A program made the position numbers and the translations under genes. The notes under the pieces were generated by a model that saw nothing but the letters and a program-made list of their open reading frames with translations, had not been told where the DNA came from and did no database searches. DNA of 64,000 nt, taken from the NCBI GenBank assembly GCA_020851415.1, contig JADZCU010000030.1:4770-68769 (forward strand), given 5' to 3'. This document shows, piece by piece, positions 8,790 through 16,939 of the stretch. Each line of letters begins with the position of its first letter. Positions within the stretch are counted from its first letter, which is position 1. The stretch comes from Candidatus Peregrinibacteria bacterium. Lineage in GTDB: Bacteria > Patescibacteriota > Gracilibacteria > UBA1369.

Positions 8790-9206
8790 TCAAAAGGGGA
8801 AGATAGAAATTAGATACTTTTGAGAGGTTGTTTTGCTTTCTTTAACTTGAACAAAGAAGATCTCTTTCTCGGAGGTTATCCCTGCAAATCTATGGAGTAT
8901 TTCTGATTTCCTGTTTGGGTTTTCTTTGGATGTCGGTTCGAACTTTGTATTTTGAATTAGTTCAATTGCACAAGGAAAGTATTTAACTCTTCGGATTTTA
9001 TCTTTGTTGTTTAGTTTTTCGTTAAGATGTTGCCAAAAGATACCTAAAAATATTTTATCTTTCTTAAAGTATTTTGATCTTATATATGGTCGTCTTTTTG
9101 TCCGTTTTTTTATTTGAGAGTATACGCCAAAAGCCTTTTTATAGACTTCGGCATAGTTAGTTCCTGAAAGTTTCTTGGTCTTTGTTAAATAAGCTTGAAT
9201 TGCCAT
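8790..9206 (-). CDS. hypothetical basic protein (138 aa)
   Basis: ORF with a strongly basic N-terminal half (KKRTKRRPYIRSKYFKKDK). No motif recognised. It lies in the AT-rich islet. Confidence 0.55.
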   Translation of the reverse strand: MAIQAYLTKTKKLSGTNYAEVYKKAFGVYSQIKKRTKRRPYIRSKYFKKDKIFLGIFWQHLNEKLNNKDKIRRVKYFPCAIELIQNTKFEPTSKENPNRKSEILHRFAGITSEKEIFFVQVKESKTTSQKYLISIFPF

Positions 9207-9251
9207 AATTGCGATCTTTTCTTTAGATCGCTTGATTCTAGCTTATGGATA

Positions 9252-9297
9252 TTAACGAATTCTTTGCTTTACTTAATAATTTTCTGAAATTTTTATT
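9252..9297 (-). repeat. degenerate ~46-bp copy of an internal segment of the AbrB antitoxin gene (partner 7942-7987); non-coding relic
   Basis: TTAACGAATTCTTTGCTTTACTTAATAATTTTCTGAAATTTTT aligns by eye to 7942-7987 (TTAACGAATTCTCTGCTTTCCTTAATAAGTTTCTTAAATTTTT), with roughly 41 of 46 positions identical. The minus-strand reading of the copy contains stops. Confidence 0.6.
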
Positions 9298-9330
9298 ATT
9301 TCAAAGCGTTGTTTCTGAATGTGATAACTG

Positions 9331-9486
9331 CTATTTCTTCGTTTTTTCAGCAATTTCAATTAAGACTTTTTCAATATTTTCTAGATATTTGGTCGATTTT
9401 ATTGAGTTCTTTACTAATACATAAAGGCCATAAATGAATCCAATTGCGATGGCGAGGTTGATGAATTGGATGATTGCGATGTCCAT
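9331..9486 (-). CDS. possible 51-codon membrane micro-ORF
   Basis: Below the ORF-track cutoff. My translation is MDIAIIQFINLAIAIGFIYGLYVLVKNSIKSTKYLENIEKVLIEIAEKTKK: one hydrophobic helix plus an amphipathic tail. There is no clear Shine-Dalgarno sequence. Confidence 0.35.
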   Translation of the reverse strand: MDIAIIQFINLAIAIGFIYGLYVLVKNSIKSTKYLENIEKVLIEIAEKTKK

Positions 9487-9547
9487 ATTGTTTAGTAATT
9501 AAATTATTAGTTTTTCTAATTAGTTGGGGGTGCGAGGTGTTAAATAG

Positions 9548-11587
9548 CTAATCATTTACCACGTTTATTGAAAATTGTATATTTTCTGGCTGATAATTTA
9601 ATCGATCACACATTTTTGCTAAAAAAGAGATTATGCCGTTAGCGCTGCTGCTTCCTTCTATAAATTCATTTGGGCGGAATTCTAGCTTGTGTCTCATAGG
9701 CTTTTTTAGATCGAAATACCATTTAAATTCAGGATTATTTTGAATTTCTTTAAATTGGGTTGGGGAAAATTCAAATAAATAATTACATGTATTTATAAGT
9801 AGATCTCTCCAGGTCTTTAATTCAATACCTTTTTGATCATCTTCAAAATATAAATGCGATGGTTTACTGCCACTGAAGCTATCCTCACTAGTTAAATCGA
9901 ATAATTGTTCCTCAGGTATTGGTTTTGTGTAAGTTGTTTGTGGATATGGCCAGATATTTTTAGCATTTTTTATCAAATCTTTTGCTCTCTCTACTATTTT
10001 TTCTTCGTTCCAGAGAGTTAACCCCTCGAGTTTGAAATTTAATTTTAATTTACTAATTTGAAAGTCAATTTTTTGCTTATCTTCAAATGAATTGTTTGAT
10101 AATTCTGTGTTTTTTGCTGTCAAACTTAGATTCCCAAGAGTGTGTAAATACTTATTGTGAATTTCTTGCCAGTTTTCTCCTAATTTGTGCTTCCAGTCTT
10201 TTGTTAAAGTTTGCGGCATTATGTGTTCTACAGTTAGATCATCAAAATTTACTTGATAAGCGGATTTGTAACTTTCCAGCGATTCCAGTAAGAAATTTTT
10301 ATTTTTTGATTGAAGTTTATACGTCTCTTTGTTTATAAGTGCGTTTTCGAACTCTTCATTATTTGGGAATCTTTGAGAAATTCTCTTTTCCAACAATATG
10401 TAAGACAGAATATTAATATACTGCTTTTTCCACGATTCTTCTTTTTTAATATCTCTTGCAAGAGAAATAAAAAGTTTATTTAAGCCTTGTGTTGTATTGT
10501 CAACTAAAATTTTTCTAAAAGCGTAGCTCTCAATTATAATTAAAATATTTTTAATTGTGTCTCCATCTAAGTTTCCTAAAGTCAATTCATTAAAAACATC
10601 TAATAAAAATGGATGACAAACAGTGAATTCTAATTTATTTAATTTAGATAATTCATTGTTGATGGAGCTACTGGGGTGATTTTGTGTTTGTACTAGCCAA
10701 CTGTAAATTTTCGAAAAAAATAATAAATCCTTCAAAATACCCTCTTTGTTTTTATAGAATTTTTCTGTAGAGAATTTCTTAAAAATAGCATAAACATCAT
10801 CTCTTTTAACCCAAATGTTTAATTTGAAGATTAAATAGTTTCTGACAAATTCTGCTATATCTCCAGTTAATTTTTCAATCTCGATCCAGTAACTTTTATA
10901 AAGTTTTTCTTGTTCAGGTGGTTCTAAGTCCATTAAAATGTAATTGCGTATTAAATCGCCTGCTGTTAAATCTACACCTGTAGAATTCAAACTCTCAAAA
11001 ATTAATTGAGGATCATCTTGTACTCGAACTAAATCAATTAGTACAATTTTTAATTTCCTGAATGCTTCAAATATTTGTTGGGGGGTTAGCGTTTCTGAAA
11101 TTATTTTTTTGTAAAAAAAATTATAATTATTAACTATATTAGAATTAATATTTAAGTTTCTATTATCTGTAAAAAGATTTTCAAAGTATTCTTTGTCTTG
11201 CTTGTTCGGTTTTAATCGAATCTTTTTTTCTTGGTTCGAGTATCTATTAATTAGGAAATCCGATAATTGCTCTATTAATATTTTCTCTGAGTCATTTTTA
11301 TGTTCTTTATTTTTTAAATATGTTTGTAAAGCAATTAATAAAACCGAAATAGTTGTTATCCTTTGCTGCCCATCTATTACGGTATATTCATCAAATCCAC
11401 TTCCAATAGTAACAACTGCGCCTAAAAAATGATCATTTCTATCGTTGTTGTTTAAATCAACCAAATCATCCCACAGTTTTTGACAATTAATTCTTGTCCA
11501 TGCGTAATCTCTTTGATATACGGGTATAACAAAACTTTTCCTTTGTCCTTCTAGGAATTGATAAATAGGTAATTGTTGAACTTGCAT
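9548..11587 (-). CDS. DUF262/DUF1524 nuclease (GmrSD/SspE-like modification-dependent restriction family)
   Basis: N-terminal DUF262 motifs VIPVYQRDYAWT and VIDGQQRITT. C-terminal DUF1524 His-Me-finger motifs LTVEHIMPQ and LHTLGNLSLTAKNTELSNN. I prefer the ATG at 11587 (MQVQQLPIYQ). The track's longer form starts at a GTG at 11632 and would overlap tkt by 19 nt. The gene is very AT-rich: hand counts of lines 10501 and 11101 give 12 and 5 G+C out of 60. Confidence 0.85.
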   Translation of the reverse strand: MQVQQLPIYQFLEGQRKSFVIPVYQRDYAWTRINCQKLWDDLVDLNNNDRNDHFLGAVVTIGSGFDEYTVIDGQQRITTISVLLIALQTYLKNKEHKNDSEKILIEQLSDFLINRYSNQEKKIRLKPNKQDKEYFENLFTDNRNLNINSNIVNNYNFFYKKIISETLTPQQIFEAFRKLKIVLIDLVRVQDDPQLIFESLNSTGVDLTAGDLIRNYILMDLEPPEQEKLYKSYWIEIEKLTGDIAEFVRNYLIFKLNIWVKRDDVYAIFKKFSTEKFYKNKEGILKDLLFFSKIYSWLVQTQNHPSSSINNELSKLNKLEFTVCHPFLLDVFNELTLGNLDGDTIKNILIIIESYAFRKILVDNTTQGLNKLFISLARDIKKEESWKKQYINILSYILLEKRISQRFPNNEEFENALINKETYKLQSKNKNFLLESLESYKSAYQVNFDDLTVEHIMPQTLTKDWKHKLGENWQEIHNKYLHTLGNLSLTAKNTELSNNSFEDKQKIDFQISKLKLNFKLEGLTLWNEEKIVERAKDLIKNAKNIWPYPQTTYTKPIPEEQLFDLTSEDSFSGSKPSHLYFEDDQKGIELKTWRDLLINTCNYLFEFSPTQFKEIQNNPEFKWYFDLKKPMRHKLEFRPNEFIEGSSSANGIISFLAKMCDRLNYQPENIQFSINVVND

Positions 11588-11613
11588 ATTTTGCTTTATT
11601 TTAATAAGAAAAT

Positions 11614-13545
11614 TTATTTTGCATTTAAACACGCCTTTTCAATCGCCTCACTATCAATGCCAGCCACCTTATAAAGCTGTTCTGACTTACCACTCAGCTG
11701 ATACTCCTTCACCGCAATCATCTTAAATGACTCGGTGTGGATACCCTGCATAGCGAGTTCGTGAGCTAATTGTCCTCCGAGGCCTGACAGCATGTTGTGG
11801 TCTTCTACGGTGATAAGTTTTTTCGTCTTCTTAATTGAGTTCAAAAGTGTTTCATCAAATTTCTTAATACTGCTCACTGCCACTACCTCTACGGAAAGCT
11901 CCGGTTTTGATTTCTTCAGTGCTTCGTAAGCTTTCAATGCCTCTGTGACGCATGCACCTGTTGCTGCAATTGTGATGTCTTTGCCTGAGCGGATTACATC
12001 TGATTTTCCGTATTCATAAACATAGTCTTCTCCATAAAATGGTGTGCCGTCTTCTTTGGTGATGACTGGGAATTTGTGGCGGCCCATGCGTACGTAGAAG
12101 TTGCCGTAGTGGGAGGCGATGTAGCGGATGATGCGGTCGGTTTGGTTTGGGTCGGCTGGTTCGATGACCATTGTGTTGAACATGCCTAGGAAGCTGCCGG
12201 CGTCGTCGATGGCTTGGTGGGTTGGGCCGTCTTCGCCTACTGACAAACCACAATGGGTTGCCACCATTTTGACGTTTGTTCTATTAATGTCGTTGACGCG
12301 GGCTTGATCTTTGGCGCGACTACTCATGAAGGCGCCGAAGGTTGAACAGAACGGTATGAAGCCGCGTAGGCTCAATGCTCCGGAAATGGAGACCATGTTT
12401 TGTTCGGCGATGCCTACTTCAATATGACGTTCTGCATATTTTCCGGCAAGGAACTTGGTCATGACTGAACCACGGAGGTCGGCGGTGAGGGCCAGGACTT
12501 CCGGATTTTCGTCAGCGAGGTCTAAGAGTGCTTGGCCGTAGGCTGAGCGACAGTCGGTGAGAGTTTCTGTGGTGTAGAGTCGTGGTTTGCCTTCTTTGAT
12601 ATTTTCGAGTTTGGTGAGGCTTTCCACAAATTTGGTTTCTTCCGGTTTCCAGGTGATTTGTTGTTGGAAATCTACAATGCGCTTGGTTTCTTCCATGGTG
12701 AGGGTGAGTTCCGGGAGCGCCAGGGCTTCGTCGGCTTGCTCAGGCTTTGGGGCGTTGCCGTGCCAGGTGGCTTTTTTGCTTGCGCCTTCGGGTTCCATGA
12801 ATTGCACTCCTTTCCCCATGATAGTGTTACCAATAATTACTACCGGCTTGTCTGTTACCGAGGCGGCTTTGCCCAAAACATTCCACATCGCACTTACATC
12901 ATGGCCGTCGACCTCTAGTACTTCCCAGTGTGCGCCTTTGAACAAATTGACCAGATCGATTGGCATGATTTCTTCCAGGGATGCGGAGAGCTGGACTTGG
13001 TTGTAGTCTACAAAGAGGACAAAATTGTTGAGTTTGTATTTGCTGGCGAAGAGCATCATTTCGTAGACTTGGCCTTCCTGGGCTTCGCCGTCGCCCATGA
13101 GTCCGTAAACTTTGCGGTTGTTGTGCTTGAGCTTTTCTGCCAGGGCAAAAGCGCCTGCTACTGAAACGCCGACTCCCAGCGGGCCTGTGCCGTAGGTGAT
13201 TCCGCGAACGTGACGTGTGACGTGACCTTCGTACATGCTACCGATTTTGCGGAAGGTTTTGATGACGTCATCTTTTGGGATGTAGTTCATTTCTGCAAGG
13301 ATGCTGTATACGCCAGGGGAGATGTGGCCGTTGGAAACTACGACATCTTCGCCGGTTTTACTGATGATTCCTGCGTAGAGGAGTGTGAGATAATCAATAG
13401 AAGAAAGAGATCCGCCCGGGTGTCCGCTCTGGGAATTTTTGACCATATCAACAATGGTGCGACGGCAAGATTTGGCAATGGCTTTGAGTGTTTCGATCTG
13501 TTCCGGTGTGAGGGCGGTGCCAAGGGGAAAGTTTGCGTCGGTCAT
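11614..13545 (-). CDS. tkt: transketolase
   Basis: 643 aa. SGHPGGSLS, the ThDP motif GDGEAQEGQVYE, and central and C-terminal transketolase blocks (EQNMVSISGAL, THQAIDD). Confidence 0.95.
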   Translation of the reverse strand: MTDANFPLGTALTPEQIETLKAIAKSCRRTIVDMVKNSQSGHPGGSLSSIDYLTLLYAGIISKTGEDVVVSNGHISPGVYSILAEMNYIPKDDVIKTFRKIGSMYEGHVTRHVRGITYGTGPLGVGVSVAGAFALAEKLKHNNRKVYGLMGDGEAQEGQVYEMMLFASKYKLNNFVLFVDYNQVQLSASLEEIMPIDLVNLFKGAHWEVLEVDGHDVSAMWNVLGKAASVTDKPVVIIGNTIMGKGVQFMEPEGASKKATWHGNAPKPEQADEALALPELTLTMEETKRIVDFQQQITWKPEETKFVESLTKLENIKEGKPRLYTTETLTDCRSAYGQALLDLADENPEVLALTADLRGSVMTKFLAGKYAERHIEVGIAEQNMVSISGALSLRGFIPFCSTFGAFMSSRAKDQARVNDINRTNVKMVATHCGLSVGEDGPTHQAIDDAGSFLGMFNTMVIEPADPNQTDRIIRYIASHYGNFYVRMGRHKFPVITKEDGTPFYGEDYVYEYGKSDVIRSGKDITIAATGACVTEALKAYEALKKSKPELSVEVVAVSSIKKFDETLLNSIKKTKKLITVEDHNMLSGLGGQLAHELAMQGIHTESFKMIAVKEYQLSGKSEQLYKVAGIDSEAIEKACLNAK

Positions 13546-13669
13546 TGCGTGTGATTGTTAATTGAAAAATTGATTGGTGTGGTTTGGTGCGACTCTTTTT
13601 TGGGTGACGTCGCGTAGACGCTTGGGCTTAGCTACGCCTTTACGGGCCGGGTGCGCCGAGGCGGTTCGT

Positions 13670-14974
13670 TTATTGTTTGTGCGCCAAGATGAGCTCCTTT
13701 GTAATAATCTTTGACCTTTCCACGCCCGGTTGGTCGAAGGCGTTGATGCCGTACATTTCTCCAAGGAAAGCTGTGGCTCCTTCAAAGAGCAGGAAGAGCT
13801 GGCCGATGTAGTCTTCATTGATGTAGTGGATTTCCAGGGTTACGTTGGCGCGGTTGTTTTCGGTGAAGGCGCGGGCTGTTCCTTCCAGTTCTGTGTGTAG
13901 GAGTTTGGTGAACGATACGTCTTTCAAAAACTCAGTGGCTTCACTTTGGACATTTTGTGGAATCATCAGGTCTTCGCCCATGTCTTCGACTTTGATGAAG
14001 ATGATGAGTTTATCGAAAGGTCCTTCGTTGTAGAGTTGGGTTTGGGAATGTTGATCAGTGGCGCCGAGGGCGTTGACCGGTGTGATGCCTACGTTTACGG
14101 TTTCACCTTTGTCGTTGAGGGTTTTGCCGGTGCTTTCGGCCAGGAGTTGGCGATACCAGTCGGCTAGTCGGATCAGTTTTTGGGCGTAGGGCATGAGCAC
14201 GTGAATGGTTTTGCCTTTTTGTGCCATGAGGTATTGGATCACCGCCAATTGGAAGGGGAGATTTTTTCCCGGGTCGGTGCTTAGGAACTGGTCGCGCATG
14301 GTGCGGGCGCCCTGAATGAGTTTTTCAATGTCCAGGCCGATGAGTGCCGCGGGGAGGAGTCCGACTGCGGTGAGTACGGAAAAGCGCCCGCCCACGTTTG
14401 ACGGTACATCGAAGCAGGGGATTTGTTCTTTTGTTGCGATTTCTCTGAGTAAGCCTTTCACCGGGTCGGTGATGAAGACAAAGTGCTCTTTTGGACTCAA
14501 GTGCAATGCGTCCGTCAGTGAGCGAAAATAGCAATATTGGGCAAGCGTTTCGGGGGTTGATCCGGATTTTGTCACAACCAAAAAAAGTGTTTCGGGAAGA
14601 CTGATCACGTCCTGAATTTCACGCATGAGTGCCGGATCAATATTGTCGAGCACGTGGAGTTTGGGGATTCCATTTATGTGTTTTTCGTTTTCAAAAAGGT
14701 GTTTGAGACTTTGTTGCAAACAGATGGTCCCGAGTGATGAACCGCCAATGCCAAGAACCACAATGTCACGGTAACGACCGTGTACTTTGTTGGCAAAATC
14801 CTTGATGCGAACCAGCTCATCCATGTGATCAATCACCTGGTAAAAGCCTTGTCCGCGTTTTTTGAAGTTTTCGATCCAACCACCTATGTGACTGTTGAGA
14901 GATGTGAGTTCCTGTTCAGTTAGCCCATGTTCTTTTCCGATTTTCAGGAGGTTCGACGGGTCAAGAGTGATCAT
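13670..14974 (-). CDS. pgi: glucose-6-phosphate isomerase
   Basis: 434 aa. VVLGIGGSSLG, VVTKSGSTPET and the C-terminal FDQPGVE block are typical of the short bacterial/archaeal PGI. Confidence 0.9.
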   Translation of the reverse strand: MITLDPSNLLKIGKEHGLTEQELTSLNSHIGGWIENFKKRGQGFYQVIDHMDELVRIKDFANKVHGRYRDIVVLGIGGSSLGTICLQQSLKHLFENEKHINGIPKLHVLDNIDPALMREIQDVISLPETLFLVVTKSGSTPETLAQYCYFRSLTDALHLSPKEHFVFITDPVKGLLREIATKEQIPCFDVPSNVGGRFSVLTAVGLLPAALIGLDIEKLIQGARTMRDQFLSTDPGKNLPFQLAVIQYLMAQKGKTIHVLMPYAQKLIRLADWYRQLLAESTGKTLNDKGETVNVGITPVNALGATDQHSQTQLYNEGPFDKLIIFIKVEDMGEDLMIPQNVQSEATEFLKDVSFTKLLHTELEGTARAFTENNRANVTLEIHYINEDYIGQLFLLFEGATAFLGEMYGINAFDQPGVERSKIITKELILAHKQ

Positions 14975-14997
14975 GGGTTGGAAGTTGGTATTAAAAA

Positions 14998-15648
14998 TTA
15001 TTGGAGAGATTTCACTTTCTCCCAGTCTGCCAGGAAAGCCGCAATACCTTTGTCCGTGAGCGGGTGTTTGACCATCTTTTCCAAAATTTCCGGAGGCATG
15101 GTGGCAATGTCTGCACCAAGGCGGGCTGCATCTATTACATGACGTGGGTGACGAATGCTGGCTGCCAATACTTTTGTCTGAATATCGAAGTTTTTGAAAA
15201 TTTCCACGATCTCGGCGATGAGTGCCATACCGTCCTCAGAGATGTCGTCGAGTCTTCCGACAAACGGGGAAATGAGCGTAGCGCCAGCTTTTGCCGCGAG
15301 TAATGCTTGGCTTGAAGAGAATACCAGTGTGACGTTGGTTTTGATGCCTTCGCTTGTGAGAACTTTGCAGGCTTCGAGTCCGGCTGGTGTCATCGGGAGT
15401 TTTACGTAGACGTTTTTATGCCACTTTACGTATTCACGTCCTTCTTTAATCATTCCTTCGGCGTCTGTTGCTATAACTTCGGAACTGATTGGGCCGTCTA
15501 CCACTTCGGCGATCTCTTTGATACGTTTTTCGAGTGAAACTCCCTCTTTGGCAATAAGACTTGGGTTTGTTGTTACTCCGTCAACTACACCCCAGGAGAC
15601 AAACTTTTTAATTGATTCAACGTTGGCGGTATCCAGGAAAAACTGCAT
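14998..15648 (-). CDS. tal: transaldolase (short Tal / fructose-6-phosphate aldolase subfamily)
   Basis: 216 aa. [24 protein letters not shown] and VYVKLPMT (Schiff-base Lys context). It is the first gene of the tal-pgi-tkt run. Confidence 0.9.
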   Translation of the reverse strand: MQFFLDTANVESIKKFVSWGVVDGVTTNPSLIAKEGVSLEKRIKEIAEVVDGPISSEVIATDAEGMIKEGREYVKWHKNVYVKLPMTPAGLEACKVLTSEGIKTNVTLVFSSSQALLAAKAGATLISPFVGRLDDISEDGMALIAEIVEIFKNFDIQTKVLAASIRHPRHVIDAARLGADIATMPPEILEKMVKHPLTDKGIAAFLADWEKVKSLQ

Positions 15649-15720
15649 ATAAATAAAGATAGGGAATGTGTTTTTTCGGTGGTACTATACTGGTGTTATT
15701 TTCGCTATGCAATAAAATCC

Positions 15721-16791
15721 ATGAAAAAATTATCCGTACTTTTACTGGTTGTACTCGTGGTTTCTTTGAGTCTTGCCGCCCTCGCTTTTTGGGGGCCAAA
15801 GCTGCTGCCGTTACTTATGAATAAACCCATTCAGCCGCAGATTGATAATGTTTTACCGGTTACGCAGGAAACTCAAATGTCCACTCAGGAAACCCAGCAG
15901 ATTGACCCGGTGCTTTTTCGTGAGCAGGAAGAGAATAAAAAGCGCTTAACTCAGGGGTGTCTCACCGGCCAGGATTGTATTCAATCTATTCAGCAACCCA
16001 AATTTGTTTCCGCTAAACAGGCAGCAAAATTTTTGAATGATGATGATCTGGTTATTGGTTTGGATTTTGATGGATGGGAGACAGAAGATGATCCGGTGAA
16101 GGCTTATCCGATCAAGATTTTGAACTGGCATGAGGTGGTGAACGACTTTTTGAATGAGTCGCCAGTGGTTATAACGTATTGTCCACTGTGCAATAGCGCG
16201 GCTGTATATAATAGAATGTTTGATGGGAAGGTTTCTGAGTTTGGGGTTTCAGGTTCGTTGTTGAATAATAACCTGGTGTTGCATGACAAATTGACCGAAA
16301 CTTTGTGGACTCAATTGCAGGGATATTCTTTGGTAGGGAAGTCGTATCCACAAAAACTGGTTCAGGTTCCATCGGTTGTTATGTCTTGGAAGAACTGGAA
16401 AACTTCACATCCGCAAACGGTTGTTCTTTCTACCGACACAGGTTTTGAGCATGACTACAATGTTTCTCCGTATGCTGATTATGCCGAGAGTCCTCGTATT
16501 GAGTTTCCGGTTGAACATTCCGATTCGCGCTTAGCGAATAAGGATCAGGTATATGGAGTTCAAATGTACGATCAGTTCAAAGCTTACCCTGTGGCAGTTT
16601 TACAACAAAGTTTTCCTGAAGGTGGAACTTTTGAGGACGAAGTCGGCGGGCATCCGGTGAAGATAACCTATGGTGGTGGAAAGTTTTTAGTGGAAGATGC
16701 CGTACTCAAAAAATCTGTGCCTGTGGCAAACACTTATTGGTTCTGCTGGGTGGCGATGTACGAGAGGACGGAACTTTATGGGGCTATCTAA
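15721..16791 (+). CDS. DUF3179-domain secreted/membrane-anchored protein
   Basis: VVITYCPLCNSAAVYNR and FGVSGSLLNNNLVLHD are DUF3179 signatures. I prefer the ATG at 15721 (MKKLSVLLLVVLVVSLSLAALA, a signal/anchor sequence) over the track start at 15679. Confidence 0.8.
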   Translation: MKKLSVLLLVVLVVSLSLAALAFWGPKLLPLLMNKPIQPQIDNVLPVTQETQMSTQETQQIDPVLFREQEENKKRLTQGCLTGQDCIQSIQQPKFVSAKQAAKFLNDDDLVIGLDFDGWETEDDPVKAYPIKILNWHEVVNDFLNESPVVITYCPLCNSAAVYNRMFDGKVSEFGVSGSLLNNNLVLHDKLTETLWTQLQGYSLVGKSYPQKLVQVPSVVMSWKNWKTSHPQTVVLSTDTGFEHDYNVSPYADYAESPRIEFPVEHSDSRLANKDQVYGVQMYDQFKAYPVAVLQQSFPEGGTFEDEVGGHPVKITYGGGKFLVEDAVLKKSVPVANTYWFCWVAMYERTELYGAI

Positions 16792-16800
16792 TAAATTACA

Positions 16801-16921
16801 AAAGTGTTGAAAAGTTGTCTCTTACTTCGTTAAAAACAAAAAATTAATCCTCACGTATTTGCGAATACGCTCCGGTTAATTTTTTGTTTTTGCCTCGTAA
16901 TAGCCAACTTTTGAACACTTT
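16801..16921. other. 121-nt extended imperfect palindrome between convergent genes (elaborate bidirectional terminator or structured RNA)
   Basis: 16801-16817 pairs with 16905-16921 (17 bp, 1 mismatch). 16832-16847 pairs perfectly with 16876-16891 (16 bp, A/T-rich). The apical hairpin is CGTATT-tgcg-AATACG (16854-16869). The symmetry centre is about 16861. Confidence 0.55.
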
Positions 16922-16939
16922 GACTAAACTCAAAGGTGA

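Noticed and set aside
12014-13554. Several 60-140 aa ORFs in other frames and strands within tkt (and 13558-14534 within pgi)
   Set aside because: This operon is locally GC-rich, which suppresses stop codons in alternative frames. The translations are Arg/Pro/Ser-rich nonsense, while tkt and pgi are unambiguous.
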